A stretch of DNA of 64,000 nt from a virus (taxonomy: Duplodnaviria > Caudoviricetes), in the IMG/VR virus record IMGVR_UViG_3300005076_000002, positions 96,001-160,000 of that record. One strand, 5' to 3'. A program made the position numbers and the translations under genes. The notes below the pieces were generated by a model. It made no database searches, was not told the DNA's origin, and saw only the letters and a program-made list of their open reading frames with translations. Within the stretch, counting starts at the first letter, position 1. Every line of letters starts with the position of its first letter. Below are positions 48,287 to 57,946 of the stretch, piece by piece.

Positions 48287-50455
48287 ATGAACGCTTACTA
48301 CAAAATTTATCTCGAAGAGAACATCGAACTTGCAAAGTCGATGATCATTAAATCTGAAGTGACGGCTCGCCTCATGAATAAGGAGGTCGAGGGCCTTGGC
48401 TATAGTATATCAACTGATCAAAGTCAGTGGAGATATTACAAGCACCTGAACGGTGACTATTTCCACCTTGACGAACCAATGAAAATCATCTCGCTGGATA
48501 CCGGGGTGAAGATCACCTTTAACAAGGAAACGTTAGCCGTTCACAAAAAGACACGTAACGTCTATCTCAATACCCGTAGCTACGTCTCTAAGTTGAAGCA
48601 GCGTTACCCTACCCAGTGTATCCTAATCGATGGCATACTGCGCCCTACGCCGCCTAAGGTGGCGATAGATGCATTGGATATGACGATACTTCACCACGAT
48701 CCCAAATATGTGGAAAAGCAGGAGTATTCGCTGATCGCTTCTATTGAGAAGTGGATGCGCGGTTTCATGTATCGTTACATGATGGAGAGTTATCTTCACA
48801 CGAATGATCTGTTCGCTGCCGACATCTTTGGTAAGATGTTCGTCCACCTGCCGAAGAAGATAATGAATATCCGACAAGCGATGGTTAAGACGTCTCAGAC
48901 GCATACCTTCCATATTCGGATGTATCTTGCATCCCATAACCGACTCGATGAGTTCATGCCGTACTTCACGTACGAGCAGCTGCGATACTTCTACATGAAT
49001 ATCGCCTACCTGGAACGGCATACCGGGATGCAAAGCAACTTCGATGCCCTCATCCATAACTTGATGTCGGTACGAAACCTACCCGTCTATGATTACAAAC
49101 TCCAGCAGCAAGCGCTGCGTGTAGAAGACGGTGAGCTCTATCCTGATGCGGTATTTATTCGTACGCCTCTTAACCTCAACACTAACGTGCTGAGCCGGGG
49201 CGTCGATGAGGCCCCCATCTCTGAGATCATCTATAAAGAAGTACCTGACGCTAAACATAACGTTGAGCATGTTGGCGAATACCTGGCCAAAACTGAAACG
49301 GCCATGGGCATTAGTCAAATCAGTAAGCTTCCTACGAAGATCATCGAAGCCTCTGCAATTGACCCAGAGGACGTGGCTATCGTTAAACAGTTAGATATGC
49401 TGGTTAACCATTGGGCTTATTTGGCCACGACGGGAGCGTATACCGCGACTGTTGAAGTGCTAAATCCGATTAGTGGTGACCTGATGAAGCTGACGATGAA
49501 AGAGCTGTTTACGCTCTACATTTATGCTTTCTATATCGGACGTTACGGCCACGAGATGAAAGGTATCCCTGAGTATCTCGCTATCGATATCACCAAAATG
49601 CGGTGGATCGATTATGCGGAGTATGCCCAAGTCGTACCCAAAGACAAATGGGGTAAGTGGGATCCTGACATCGACTACTTCCAACAGACGTATATCGACC
49701 AATACCCGTCGTATACCTCTGCCGACGAGTTTGTTGACTTCTGTGAGAAAGTTACGGAGCTTAAACGACTACGTCACATGTTCACCTATCAGCCACAGCG
49801 GTTTGAACAAAAGGCTGTTCGTGAATCACTTTACCGCTACAGTTACACCAACATTAAGTGTGACTTGAAAACGCGGCGATATAAGACGTACGATGAGTTC
49901 TTTACCTATCTCGGTTTTGATCGTACGCTGATGTATGCAGAGAGCTGGACTGACCTGGCCCTGACCTGTTTGGATTTGGCTACGCTGATCACATCGCGCA
50001 ACGCGATGAGTCTGCGCGAGATTCAAGCCGCGATGGTTAAGGTATTCAAGCGACTGAGCAGTTACACGGTTCAGATTGTTGAAGAGATCATAAGCTCCGA
50101 TACGATCGTTACGAACAATCTGATGGCGATTACCAATGAAACTCCCGGTAGTACCTTAGATAAGAACACGTCGGATATGCCACCCGTCGATGTGATTACG
50201 TGTACTGGCAGGTCGCTGGAGACTACGTCTAAGCAAACATGCCATGTCAAAGCATTTAGTGTGACCGAGATCGTAGACAACCACTATGACGTCAATGTAG
50301 TGATCGGGGCTACTGCAACCGGGACAGAGCGTACTGTTACGATACTGACCATGGACGCAACTACTGCTGTTAAGATAGACCGGATTAGCGATGATCCGAT
50401 CCCTCTGATGGCCGCCTCGGGACACGATATGTGGGAGTTGATGACTACCGGTTAA
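48287..50455 (+). CDS. Baseplate/structural protein (gp128-like)
   Basis: WRYYKHLNGDY, HTFHIRMYLASH, LSSYTVQ. Confidence 0.75.
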   Translation: MNAYYKIYLEENIELAKSMIIKSEVTARLMNKEVEGLGYSISTDQSQWRYYKHLNGDYFHLDEPMKIISLDTGVKITFNKETLAVHKKTRNVYLNTRSYVSKLKQRYPTQCILIDGILRPTPPKVAIDALDMTILHHDPKYVEKQEYSLIASIEKWMRGFMYRYMMESYLHTNDLFAADIFGKMFVHLPKKIMNIRQAMVKTSQTHTFHIRMYLASHNRLDEFMPYFTYEQLRYFYMNIAYLERHTGMQSNFDALIHNLMSVRNLPVYDYKLQQQALRVEDGELYPDAVFIRTPLNLNTNVLSRGVDEAPISEIIYKEVPDAKHNVEHVGEYLAKTETAMGISQISKLPTKIIEASAIDPEDVAIVKQLDMLVNHWAYLATTGAYTATVEVLNPISGDLMKLTMKELFTLYIYAFYIGRYGHEMKGIPEYLAIDITKMRWIDYAEYAQVVPKDKWGKWDPDIDYFQQTYIDQYPSYTSADEFVDFCEKVTELKRLRHMFTYQPQRFEQKAVRESLYRYSYTNIKCDLKTRRYKTYDEFFTYLGFDRTLMYAESWTDLALTCLDLATLITSRNAMSLREIQAAMVKVFKRLSSYTVQIVEEIISSDTIVTNNLMAITNETPGSTLDKNTSDMPPVDVITCTGRSLETTSKQTCHVKAFSVTEIVDNHYDVNVVIGATATGTERTVTILTMDATTAVKIDRISDDPIPLMAASGHDMWELMTTG

Positions 50456-50513
50456 TAAAAAGACGCAGGTCATTTTATGGGCACGGTGCTTCAACTAACT
50501 CCGAGGAAATATC

Positions 50514-51017
50514 ATGAGCTATATGGTAGATATGTCGCTACCGCCTGCCGAGCTGCTTTTGGGTTTGATCAACCAAGAAAACCCAAAAGCAAACTTCACC
50601 TTTCAAACGGTGCAGTTCGATCCAGGCGGTCCGTCGAACACGACGCTCTACGGCAAAGACACGATGATATATCTGTTGCCGTTAAAGGGCGCTGGGTTCT
50701 TCGGCAAGAAGGCCTTCTATTACAACCGGATTAACCTGGCCGATTTCTTAGGTTCGTCCGGCGTAAAGATCGAGCCCGACAAGTACACCGAAACGGCTGA
50801 ACTTCTTCCATTGGTTATGAGTCAACTCGGCATTAACTTGACGCGTGGGGATATTTACAACGACTACATCATTCCTTTAACCAAGGATACGCAGTCGAAG
50901 ATACGTATCTCGGTAAGATCGATTATGTACAAAGGGTATGTTCCAGTCCACCTGGGGCCGCAGTCTATCTTTGCAGGACTGAAGAACCGGCTGTTGGACG
51001 GGTTCCATAAACCCTAG
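50514..51017 (+). CDS. Tail-tip paralog family member (YxRxxL N-terminal module)
   Basis: LINQEN...YYNRINL...LLDGF. Confidence 0.72.
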   Translation: MSYMVDMSLPPAELLLGLINQENPKANFTFQTVQFDPGGPSNTTLYGKDTMIYLLPLKGAGFFGKKAFYYNRINLADFLGSSGVKIEPDKYTETAELLPLVMSQLGINLTRGDIYNDYIIPLTKDTQSKIRISVRSIMYKGYVPVHLGPQSIFAGLKNRLLDGFHKP

Positions 51018-51040
51018 CCGTTAAGCAACGAGGTATTACT

Positions 51041-51942
51041 GTGGGAAATTCCATTTACGAAGCCAAGCGTACCACGAATACGCTGACCTCAGGTCGTATC
51101 CAGACCGCCAAGTTCTTTGGCGTTCCGGTAACGTATCTACGGTGAACGAAGTCTTGAAAGTGCTTGAGGGTCGTTACCCTGATGCCGACCAAGACCCGGA
51201 TACCAAGTACCTGATCTTGGGTAACAAGGGTCATGAAATTGATCTGACCGATGACGGTCCCGGTGCACCGGTACCGCTCGAACACTTGCCGACAGACGTA
51301 ATGCCGTGGGGGATCATTCCTCTGGTACTGCGTCCTGTTGACAAAGATCTGCCGGATGATGTTCGTGAGCGCTATGCGCTTCGTATCCTGGAAGAACACA
51401 ACGGTCTGCGCTACTGGGCGTATTACGCCAAGCGTTTGTCTCATCGTGGCAAGAAAACCCAAGACTATTTGGTCAAGGTTCGTGACGGGGTTAAAACCGT
51501 TACTGAATTCCGCTACGACGATACCAACCAGTATCCGGTACCGCCGAAGCTTCCTGATTACAACTACGATACCGTCTCTCAAGCGGTGTTGTCCGATGGT
51601 GATTACGTTTACTCGGCAATGACCATCAGTGTAGTGCTGGATCAGTTCGACATCGATGAACTTACCAACATGGCTCGTATCAAATACAAGTCGCCCCTCA
51701 AGGCAGTTATCTCTGAATTCTGCCTGGCGTCTGGTGTTGACATTATGACCCAAGGTGAGTCCATGGTCGGCTCTCCGTTCCAGTACCTGGAAGTGATCGC
51801 GTGCCAGATCAACGTGTTCATGACCACCTTTAACAACGCAGCGTTCTCCAACGGTCAGATTGCCTACGATATCCAAGTAGGTCAAACCGAACCGCTGCCG
51901 CTGTTGACCGGTGCCGTCAACCCCAATGTGGTAAATGTTTGA
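51041..51942 (+). CDS. Virion structural protein (gp139-like), frameshifted at ~51136 in this sequence
   Basis: GAGG RBS and GTG 51041 open MGNSIY...IQTAKFFGVPVTY; the -1 frame continues STVNE...GNKGH, YWAYYAKRL, AVISEFCLASG, GQTEPL. Confidence 0.7.
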
Positions 51943-52594
51943 TTTAGCAGCAGCGCCGCCAAACTGTATCCGTGTTATGGGCATTGACCCCGGCACAGAT
52001 ACTCTCGGGATAGCCATCGTCGATTTCGATCTGGATACCAAGAAAGCGAAACTGATGTATGGCCATACGTTCCATGCATCAAAGTACGTTAACTACTATC
52101 CTGAGATGACGGCGGTTCGTGGTTCGAGGGACGTTCGATTGATGGTTCTTAGAAAGAAACTCATCGAAAGCTTCATGATGGCCGAACCCGATCTCATCGC
52201 TGCCGAATCACCATTTCTACAACGGGGCAAAGTCAGTGCCTTCGAAGCCCTTGTCGAATGTTACGCGATGATGCGTGATGCGGTATGGGCATATAGCTCG
52301 CAGATAACACTCCAACGCGTAGATCCGGTCACGGTAAAAAATTATGTTGGCGTAAGCCACAAAGGTACGGACAAGAGCGACGTACACAAAGCAGTGAATA
52401 GCATCTACCGCGAACACTGTGATGAATGCGTTGACCTTAGTACGTTTGATGAACACGCAAATGACGCCGTTGCGGTTTGTCATGTGATTGTACGTAATCG
52501 TCTCCTCGGCGAGGTCGTGGAATCCACTCGGAAAAAGAAGGCGAAGCGAAGGAGTAAAAATGAACGTAGAAGAGGTGCTAAAGCAGTCAGCTGA
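51935..52594 (+). CDS. ruvC: RuvC-like Holliday junction resolvase (gp140-like)
   Basis: VMGIDPGT, IAAESPF, DEHANDAVAV. Confidence 0.88.
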   Translation: MFDLAAAPPNCIRVMGIDPGTDTLGIAIVDFDLDTKKAKLMYGHTFHASKYVNYYPEMTAVRGSRDVRLMVLRKKLIESFMMAEPDLIAAESPFLQRGKVSAFEALVECYAMMRDAVWAYSSQITLQRVDPVTVKNYVGVSHKGTDKSDVHKAVNSIYREHCDECVDLSTFDEHANDAVAVCHVIVRNRLLGEVVESTRKKKAKRRSKNERRRGAKAVS

Positions 52595-53057
52595 AAAAGC
52601 TTTGCGTAGTACGCCCGCAGGGGGCGTCATCGCGGATCAGCTCGAGGTACTCACAGGTACCAATGTCGACAGTGCGCTTACCGGGAAAGGTGTCAATGAG
52701 ATGCTGGAGTCTATTCCGGCCGACCTCAAGAAACGATTCCTCGGCCAGACCATTGACGACAAATTCGTCGCGTATAAATCGTGGAATGAACTCCGCGAAG
52801 CCATTGCCAACGACCCTGACGCCAAGAGCAAACAAAAGGCCTTGACCGCCATCACTTTCGTGATGATGTCCTTGACCATGTTCTTTGGTGGGGTTTTGGG
52901 GATGGAGTACGTTAAGAACGGCATCGTGCCCACCGCTGATCAGCTGCTGACCGTTTTTGGACCCCTGGGCCTCTCTCTTCTGCTTCAGTTTAGTTTCGGA
53001 CGTGAGATGGTGGCTAACGCCGCAATCGATTATCTGGCTAAACGTGTGGGCAAATAA
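52560..53057 (+). CDS. Membrane protein with two C-terminal TM segments (holin-like topology)
   Basis: AAGGAG RBS favours ATG 52560; ALTAITFVMMSLTMFFGGVLG and LLTVFGPLGLSLLLQFSF. Confidence 0.7.
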   Translation: MNVEEVLKQSAEKALRSTPAGGVIADQLEVLTGTNVDSALTGKGVNEMLESIPADLKKRFLGQTIDDKFVAYKSWNELREAIANDPDAKSKQKALTAITFVMMSLTMFFGGVLGMEYVKNGIVPTADQLLTVFGPLGLSLLLQFSFGREMVANAAIDYLAKRVGK

Positions 53058-53065
53058 GCTACAGC

Positions 53066-53094
53066 GTGGTTGGGGAAACCCAACCACCTTTTTA
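53066..53094 (+). terminator. Intrinsic terminator
   Basis: GTGGTTGGG-GAAA-CCCAACCAC CTTTTT. Confidence 0.88.
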
Positions 53095-53142
53095 TTTGTT
53101 TTTATTTACATCGCAGTTATTTTGTGAGCTGAGGAGAATGCC

Positions 53143-53616
53143 ATGCCTAACCAAGAAACTAATACCACCCTTTTCGATATCACGAAAATCTATCGTAAGT
53201 ATTCGCCGCACGAATTGTTACAAAAGGCCTCTGAACCGATCACGCCGGTCATAATCTACGAACTGTTCAAACTGCTCCATGCCAAGACCTCCCCAGAAAG
53301 TCGGACGTGGATGGCCGTATCATCTATACCAAAGTTTATTCTTCCACATCTCGCGCCGTACTTTGGCATCTATAGCGTAAGAGATCCCCTGGTAGAGCTC
53401 AAACGTCGATTGCCTATGGTGTACCGTGAGCTAGTACCACACATTGAGAACTTGTCGGTTATAGTGCGGGAGTATTATGAACAAGTCCCGTCTGACTTTC
53501 ACGACGGTACCTATCGTTTTGGTCTAACTGAAGTGCATACCAAGACGTGGGGCGTAAAACATTTCCTAATATACCAGCGCAACGTAGAGACGCTTAAATG
53601 GCCACAAAAGTTATAG
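53143..53616 (+). CDS. Hypothetical protein
   Basis: GAGGAG RBS, 157 aa. Confidence 0.72.
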   Translation: MPNQETNTTLFDITKIYRKYSPHELLQKASEPITPVIIYELFKLLHAKTSPESRTWMAVSSIPKFILPHLAPYFGIYSVRDPLVELKRRLPMVYRELVPHIENLSVIVREYYEQVPSDFHDGTYRFGLTEVHTKTWGVKHFLIYQRNVETLKWPQKL

Positions 53617-54077
53617 AAGTAAATGGTGAGTATGTCGCTAAGTGGGGTTTGGAGCAATTCCTTAAAGAGCGCCCAGGTACTCGCGCATTTGTAGCTATCG
53701 ATGAGGAAGATGCGGTAGGTTCGCTTCTCTTCACGGATGGCTATATTACTCACATTCATGTGAGCGAGGATTATCGACGGGGCGGATTTGGTACTAAGCT
53801 GCTGGAGTACGCCGCCAACGTCATCGCCAAGGATAAGACACTTAAAGCCGTAGTGGGTGACCACAACCCTGACGCACAAGCGTTCTTCTTAAAGAACGGC
53901 TTCCGCTATGCTGGCCGCTCTGTATTGAATCGCAGTTCAGCGGCTCTTATGGAGAAACGTATCTTTATTGATCGTGGTACTGATCATGCAGATCGTGAGG
54001 TAATTCTCTCCACTGCGCTCGATGCAATGCTTCAGGCAATGTACACCGTAGAAGTTGCGCCCATCCACGTTAAATAG
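53598..54077 (+). CDS. GNAT-family acetyltransferase
   Basis: ITHIHVSEDYRRGGFGTKLL (motif A), NPDAQAFFLKNGF (motif B). Confidence 0.88.
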   Translation: MATKVIEVNGEYVAKWGLEQFLKERPGTRAFVAIDEEDAVGSLLFTDGYITHIHVSEDYRRGGFGTKLLEYAANVIAKDKTLKAVVGDHNPDAQAFFLKNGFRYAGRSVLNRSSAALMEKRIFIDRGTDHADREVILSTALDAMLQAMYTVEVAPIHVK

Positions 54078-54106
54078 CGAGTAGGGGGAAACCCCTACTC
54101 GTCTTA
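54078..54106 (+). terminator. Terminator-like hairpin
   Basis: CGAGTAGGGG-GAAA-CCCCTACTCG TCTTATG. Confidence 0.75.
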
Positions 54107-54128
54107 TGCTGCCGGTCTAGTAAAAAAC

Positions 54129-54154
54129 TTTTCAGATATATATTATCCTTGTGC
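54129..54154 (+). promoter_or_regulatory. Early promoter
   Basis: TTTTCAGATATATATTATCCTTGTGC. Confidence 0.72.
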
Positions 54155-54190
54155 AGATCAATCTTAATCTGTGTTATCAGGAGTATAATA

Positions 54191-54367
54191 ATGAAAAACT
54201 TTGTGGCTTATCAAGGTAGTGGTGACAATCTCCACGACTGGTTTTACAGGAACGAGAATAGTGAGGTCATCGGTGCCTTTTCTTCTTGTGAAGAGTGTAC
54301 TGCGGCGGCGTATGCCGCTAAGCGCGAATACACCCGCCGTTCCAACGACGGCCCTAACCCCAACTAA
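54191..54367 (+). CDS. 58-aa early protein
   Basis: AGGAG RBS, MKNFVAYQ... Confidence 0.7.
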   Translation: MKNFVAYQGSGDNLHDWFYRNENSEVIGAFSSCEECTAAAYAAKREYTRRSNDGPNPN

Positions 54368-54414
54368 TCTACAGGGGACTATAAGTCCCCTCATTTCCCC
54401 ATTTAGGAGTTAAC

Positions 54415-54639
54415 ATGAAAATCGCAGATGTACGCAGTATTGTCTACTACCACACCAACTTCTTCCGCGTTAACGTATCGGTCACGCCCGAAGGTCTGCT
54501 GGTGATTACTGGCTATGACGGTAAAGGCGGTGAGCGCGACTTGCTCAAATACGGGATCAAAGCACGCAAGGCCTACATTGGCCGTCTCAGTGCCATTGGT
54601 CTGGACAAACACGAAGACGAGCTCCAAAAACTCATCTAA
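54415..54639 (+). CDS. 74-aa early protein
   Basis: TAGGAG RBS. Confidence 0.72.
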   Translation: MKIADVRSIVYYHTNFFRVNVSVTPEGLLVITGYDGKGGERDLLKYGIKARKAYIGRLSAIGLDKHEDELQKLI

Positions 54640-54649
54640 GGAAGTTCCT

Positions 54650-55645
54650 ATGAAATACGTATCTATTGATGCAATGGTCCGCGCCGTCGGCGAGGAAGAA
54701 AACCTTCGCGCAGGTTGGACCAACCTTCATCTGGACCTGCGTACCATGCAGGAGAATACCGAGAAAGCCAAAGCAGAATTCATAGGCAATCTCAATCCGC
54801 GCATTGAGGCCATGCTTCAAGATAAGCAGGTCACCGTCATCGATGAAGATGACGTGTATGATGCCTGGAAAAGGCACGGTCTGTCAGTCCCTGGTAACGT
54901 CATGACTCCAATGGCCCTGACCACTCCAATGCCGGATGGCAGTCACGTTATCTTGTTTAACAACAAGGGGCTGCGTGATCAGGGGCCAGTCGAGTTGGAA
55001 CAAGTGACGGTGCATGAGATTACCCACCTTGACCAACTGGTTTCTGGTCGTCTGGTAATATCCGACAAAGAAGTGACCTGGGACGGTAAAGCCTACTGCT
55101 CCGCAACCCATATGCAGCAGACCCTGGTAGGCGAGGGTGTATTTGGTACTGCGTTCTTGCAGTGCTTACTGCCCTGGGAGTTGGAAGCGTATGAGGCCGC
55201 GTATAGCCACGCGGTTGAATATGATGTCGATTCGAGTAACCGTCGTCTTGGCGTGGTGCTGGCAGCAGCGCGAGCTTACCACAGGTGGCGAGAAAACGCC
55301 ATCGTCCCATGTTGTGACGTTACCTATGACAACCAGGTACTTTCGCCGTATGGTCAAACCAGAATGTCGATCGTACCGCGGGAGGTGCTGCGCAACGCGC
55401 TCCTTAGCGACGTAACGGACATGGCCCACGAACTTGGTCTGTCGGTGGATATCCTCGGCCGGGAAATTATGCATCCATTCCTGACCATGGATATGGAAGC
55501 TATCTTTCGCATAGTCTTGGGCTATGCACAGTTCGACAGTAAAACAACCGGCTTCTTCACCAAGTTCTTTAATGCCTTTACTAGCGACGTCTTCGACGAC
55601 CGTACCAACTGCATTATCCGCCAACTGGTGGATGCAGACAAATAA
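54650..55645 (+). CDS. Early HExxH zincin-like metallopeptidase
   Basis: VTVHEITHLDQ...LPWELEAY; AAGGA RBS favours ATG 54650. Confidence 0.75.
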   Translation: MKYVSIDAMVRAVGEEENLRAGWTNLHLDLRTMQENTEKAKAEFIGNLNPRIEAMLQDKQVTVIDEDDVYDAWKRHGLSVPGNVMTPMALTTPMPDGSHVILFNNKGLRDQGPVELEQVTVHEITHLDQLVSGRLVISDKEVTWDGKAYCSATHMQQTLVGEGVFGTAFLQCLLPWELEAYEAAYSHAVEYDVDSSNRRLGVVLAAARAYHRWRENAIVPCCDVTYDNQVLSPYGQTRMSIVPREVLRNALLSDVTDMAHELGLSVDILGREIMHPFLTMDMEAIFRIVLGYAQFDSKTTGFFTKFFNAFTSDVFDDRTNCIIRQLVDADK

Positions 55646-55647
55646 GA

Positions 55648-55674
55648 AAGAGAGGGTCCTGCCCTCTTTTTTTT
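55648..55674 (+). terminator. Intrinsic terminator
   Basis: AGAGGG-TCCTG-CCCTCT T-tract. Confidence 0.78.
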
Positions 55675-55769
55675 GTGTTTTGTCACTTTAGTTCCGAAAT
55701 ACTATGTAGCTATCACTACAACGTTGACTTAGGTCGGCGTCTCAATAATCAACGCTAAACGGTGGAAAC

Positions 55770-56570
55770 ATGTCGATTCTCGATATTACCCATGAGCGTT
55801 TTGTAAAGGCTGTTAACGTAGCCAATAACACTACGCTGACTTTAGCAGATGCTGTTTTTTCTCGCGCTCGGGAAAACGGCTCTGCTATCCATCCAGGCGA
55901 TTCCCTCATCCGCATCAAGTCACGCGATGACCGTAAACTGATCGGCAGTACGATCTGCGGCTACAACCGGATTAAGATTCCAGTGATCCACGCGGCGCTC
56001 GGCGGCGTCATTGCGTGTCCGGCCGAAGCCGTTACGTTGGCACAGATCATCCCCTACCTCTACATCAATTATGGTATTCGTACCAGCGCTGATGAGTTTG
56101 TGGATGCAAGTGCCGAAGATGCTGGCGAAGGTAATCGTAAGATTACCCTGACTGCCAAAGTCGACTCCGCTTTCTTCACGGAAAGTGCCGAGTTCTCGCT
56201 TGTCAATTGCCCTGCTGAAGATGTTGCTGTTTTCTATGACGGTAGTGCACACACTGAAGATGACGGCCGGTCCTTTGCCGAGACGTATAAATGGATTTTG
56301 AACGCAACTAGCGAGAAGGCTATCGTTAGCACTATCACTACTGCGACCGTCGACTTTAAGGCACTGTCTGAAGCACTGACGCGACTGACCGGCAATCAGT
56401 GGGAGTGGGAGAGCGCGGCCCAATATAGCCTCAAAGGGGCTGTCGTGCGCCGTGCCGGTCTCACCGACGCATTGTGGGGTACGAACAAGTCGTACGCCTA
56501 CGCCATCGTCGTAGAGCTGTCTTCGGCCTGTACTGGTCTTCAGGGCAACCTGTACATCCACTTCAACTGA
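55770..56570 (+). CDS. Tail-tip paralog (N-module plus C-terminal FHYN module)
   Basis: GYNRIKI; YSLKGAVV...CTGLQGNLYIHFN. Confidence 0.75.
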   Translation: MSILDITHERFVKAVNVANNTTLTLADAVFSRARENGSAIHPGDSLIRIKSRDDRKLIGSTICGYNRIKIPVIHAALGGVIACPAEAVTLAQIIPYLYINYGIRTSADEFVDASAEDAGEGNRKITLTAKVDSAFFTESAEFSLVNCPAEDVAVFYDGSAHTEDDGRSFAETYKWILNATSEKAIVSTITTATVDFKALSEALTRLTGNQWEWESAAQYSLKGAVVRRAGLTDALWGTNKSYAYAIVVELSSACTGLQGNLYIHFN

Positions 56571-56580
56571 GGATAAGAAC

Positions 56581-56934
56581 ATGGTTGATTTTGTTTACAC
56601 TCCTCAAGAAGACGCGGTCAATTATCTGTACAACATTGACTTTGCCTCTTCTAAAGAAGTGCTCGAGAGCATCGGCACTGAGCCCAATGAAGACCTTCAA
56701 ATCCTGCTCTCCGGCGTAGGCGGTCATCCTTGGGTACTCGAAGGTGTATCTGAATACAGCCTCGAGGGTGCTAAGCGTATCGCCAAAGGCGACGTGGCTA
56801 CGCTGCGTGCTGACGGCCTGCGCTGCTGTGACTGGTTTGAAGAGGTCTATGTATTTGCCCTTTCCGAATCCTGCACCGCACTCAAGGGCAACATCGTATT
56901 CCACTTAGGCCGCAAGGAGGTCGTGAATGAATAA
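56581..56934 (+). CDS. Stand-alone C-terminal module paralog
   Basis: YLYNIDF...YSLEGA...CTALKGNIVFH. Confidence 0.72.
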   Translation: MVDFVYTPQEDAVNYLYNIDFASSKEVLESIGTEPNEDLQILLSGVGGHPWVLEGVSEYSLEGAKRIAKGDVATLRADGLRCCDWFEEVYVFALSESCTALKGNIVFHLGRKEVVNE

Positions 56935-57931
56935 CATGCGCGCCTTCAATGTCCCGCCGGTACGTGCCTTCTGGCAATTCGTACGCGAAGCTAACCCCGG
57001 TCAGCTGAAGTACATCCATCCTGAATATTATACTGTTGTGGGTATTCAGGATCTGGGTGCTACCGCAAACCCGAATACGCTGGTAACACTGCGCGGGGAC
57101 AACCTCAAAGTAACCGGCCAGACCAAGATGGCGTATAGCCGTCTGAACCCTAAGAACACGTTCAATAAGTTCGGCGACGTTCTCAAACGTCCTACCGTAC
57201 TCGTCCATTGGAAGAACGTTCCGGTCGGCGCTCAAGCCACTACAGTGGGTACGGTGATCGCCAGCCTTAACCGTTCGCTCGGTCTGGCTTTTGACACCAG
57301 CTCTACCCACAAAGACTTCGACGGTACCAAAGCAGTTACGTTGCCGGTCGACGGCGCCACTGTCGATGTAGACATTCCGGTGTCTATGGCTAACAGCCTT
57401 CGCTTCCGTCCCGATGCGACTAACCCTCTGAAGGTTAAACTGAAGATGGTTGGTTATGAGGTATTTGGCGCTGTCTACGGTCGCGATATCCGCCCACTGA
57501 TGGGTAGCGTGAATGCAATCCCTCTGAACAACGGCGGGCTCATCAACACCACCGACGGTAAGCGCAATGTCAACATGGCGCTCTACAACGTCGAGTTTGA
57601 CGATATCTTCTCTGGCCTGGTCTATGAGACAGACATCGCACCCCATGCCGACGCCACTGGGTTTGGCGGTCCTGTGAAGGATCTCATCAATGAACGTCTC
57701 ACCCAACTGGGTCTGGATGTTCAAATTACGGATAAGGTAGTTCTTGCAAATGGTGTTGCTCCGCAAGATATCTTCCTGGCTGCCCCGGACAAAACAGCCG
57801 GTGGTAACCCTCGCATGGCAGGCGGCATTGTCGTCGAACAGTCAGCCTTCTCCCAAGGCGTGACCAGTGCGGTTACAGGTAAGATTATTCTCCACCTGAG
57901 AAATAAAGGTTCCTGGGCCGATCCCAGTTAA
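56927..57931 (+). CDS. Tail-tip/fibre paralog
   Basis: NTLVTL...AYSRLNP. Confidence 0.75.
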   Translation: MNNMRAFNVPPVRAFWQFVREANPGQLKYIHPEYYTVVGIQDLGATANPNTLVTLRGDNLKVTGQTKMAYSRLNPKNTFNKFGDVLKRPTVLVHWKNVPVGAQATTVGTVIASLNRSLGLAFDTSSTHKDFDGTKAVTLPVDGATVDVDIPVSMANSLRFRPDATNPLKVKLKMVGYEVFGAVYGRDIRPLMGSVNAIPLNNGGLINTTDGKRNVNMALYNVEFDDIFSGLVYETDIAPHADATGFGGPVKDLINERLTQLGLDVQITDKVVLANGVAPQDIFLAAPDKTAGGNPRMAGGIVVEQSAFSQGVTSAVTGKIILHLRNKGSWADPS

Positions 57932-57946
57932 TAACAGGAGTCAGTA

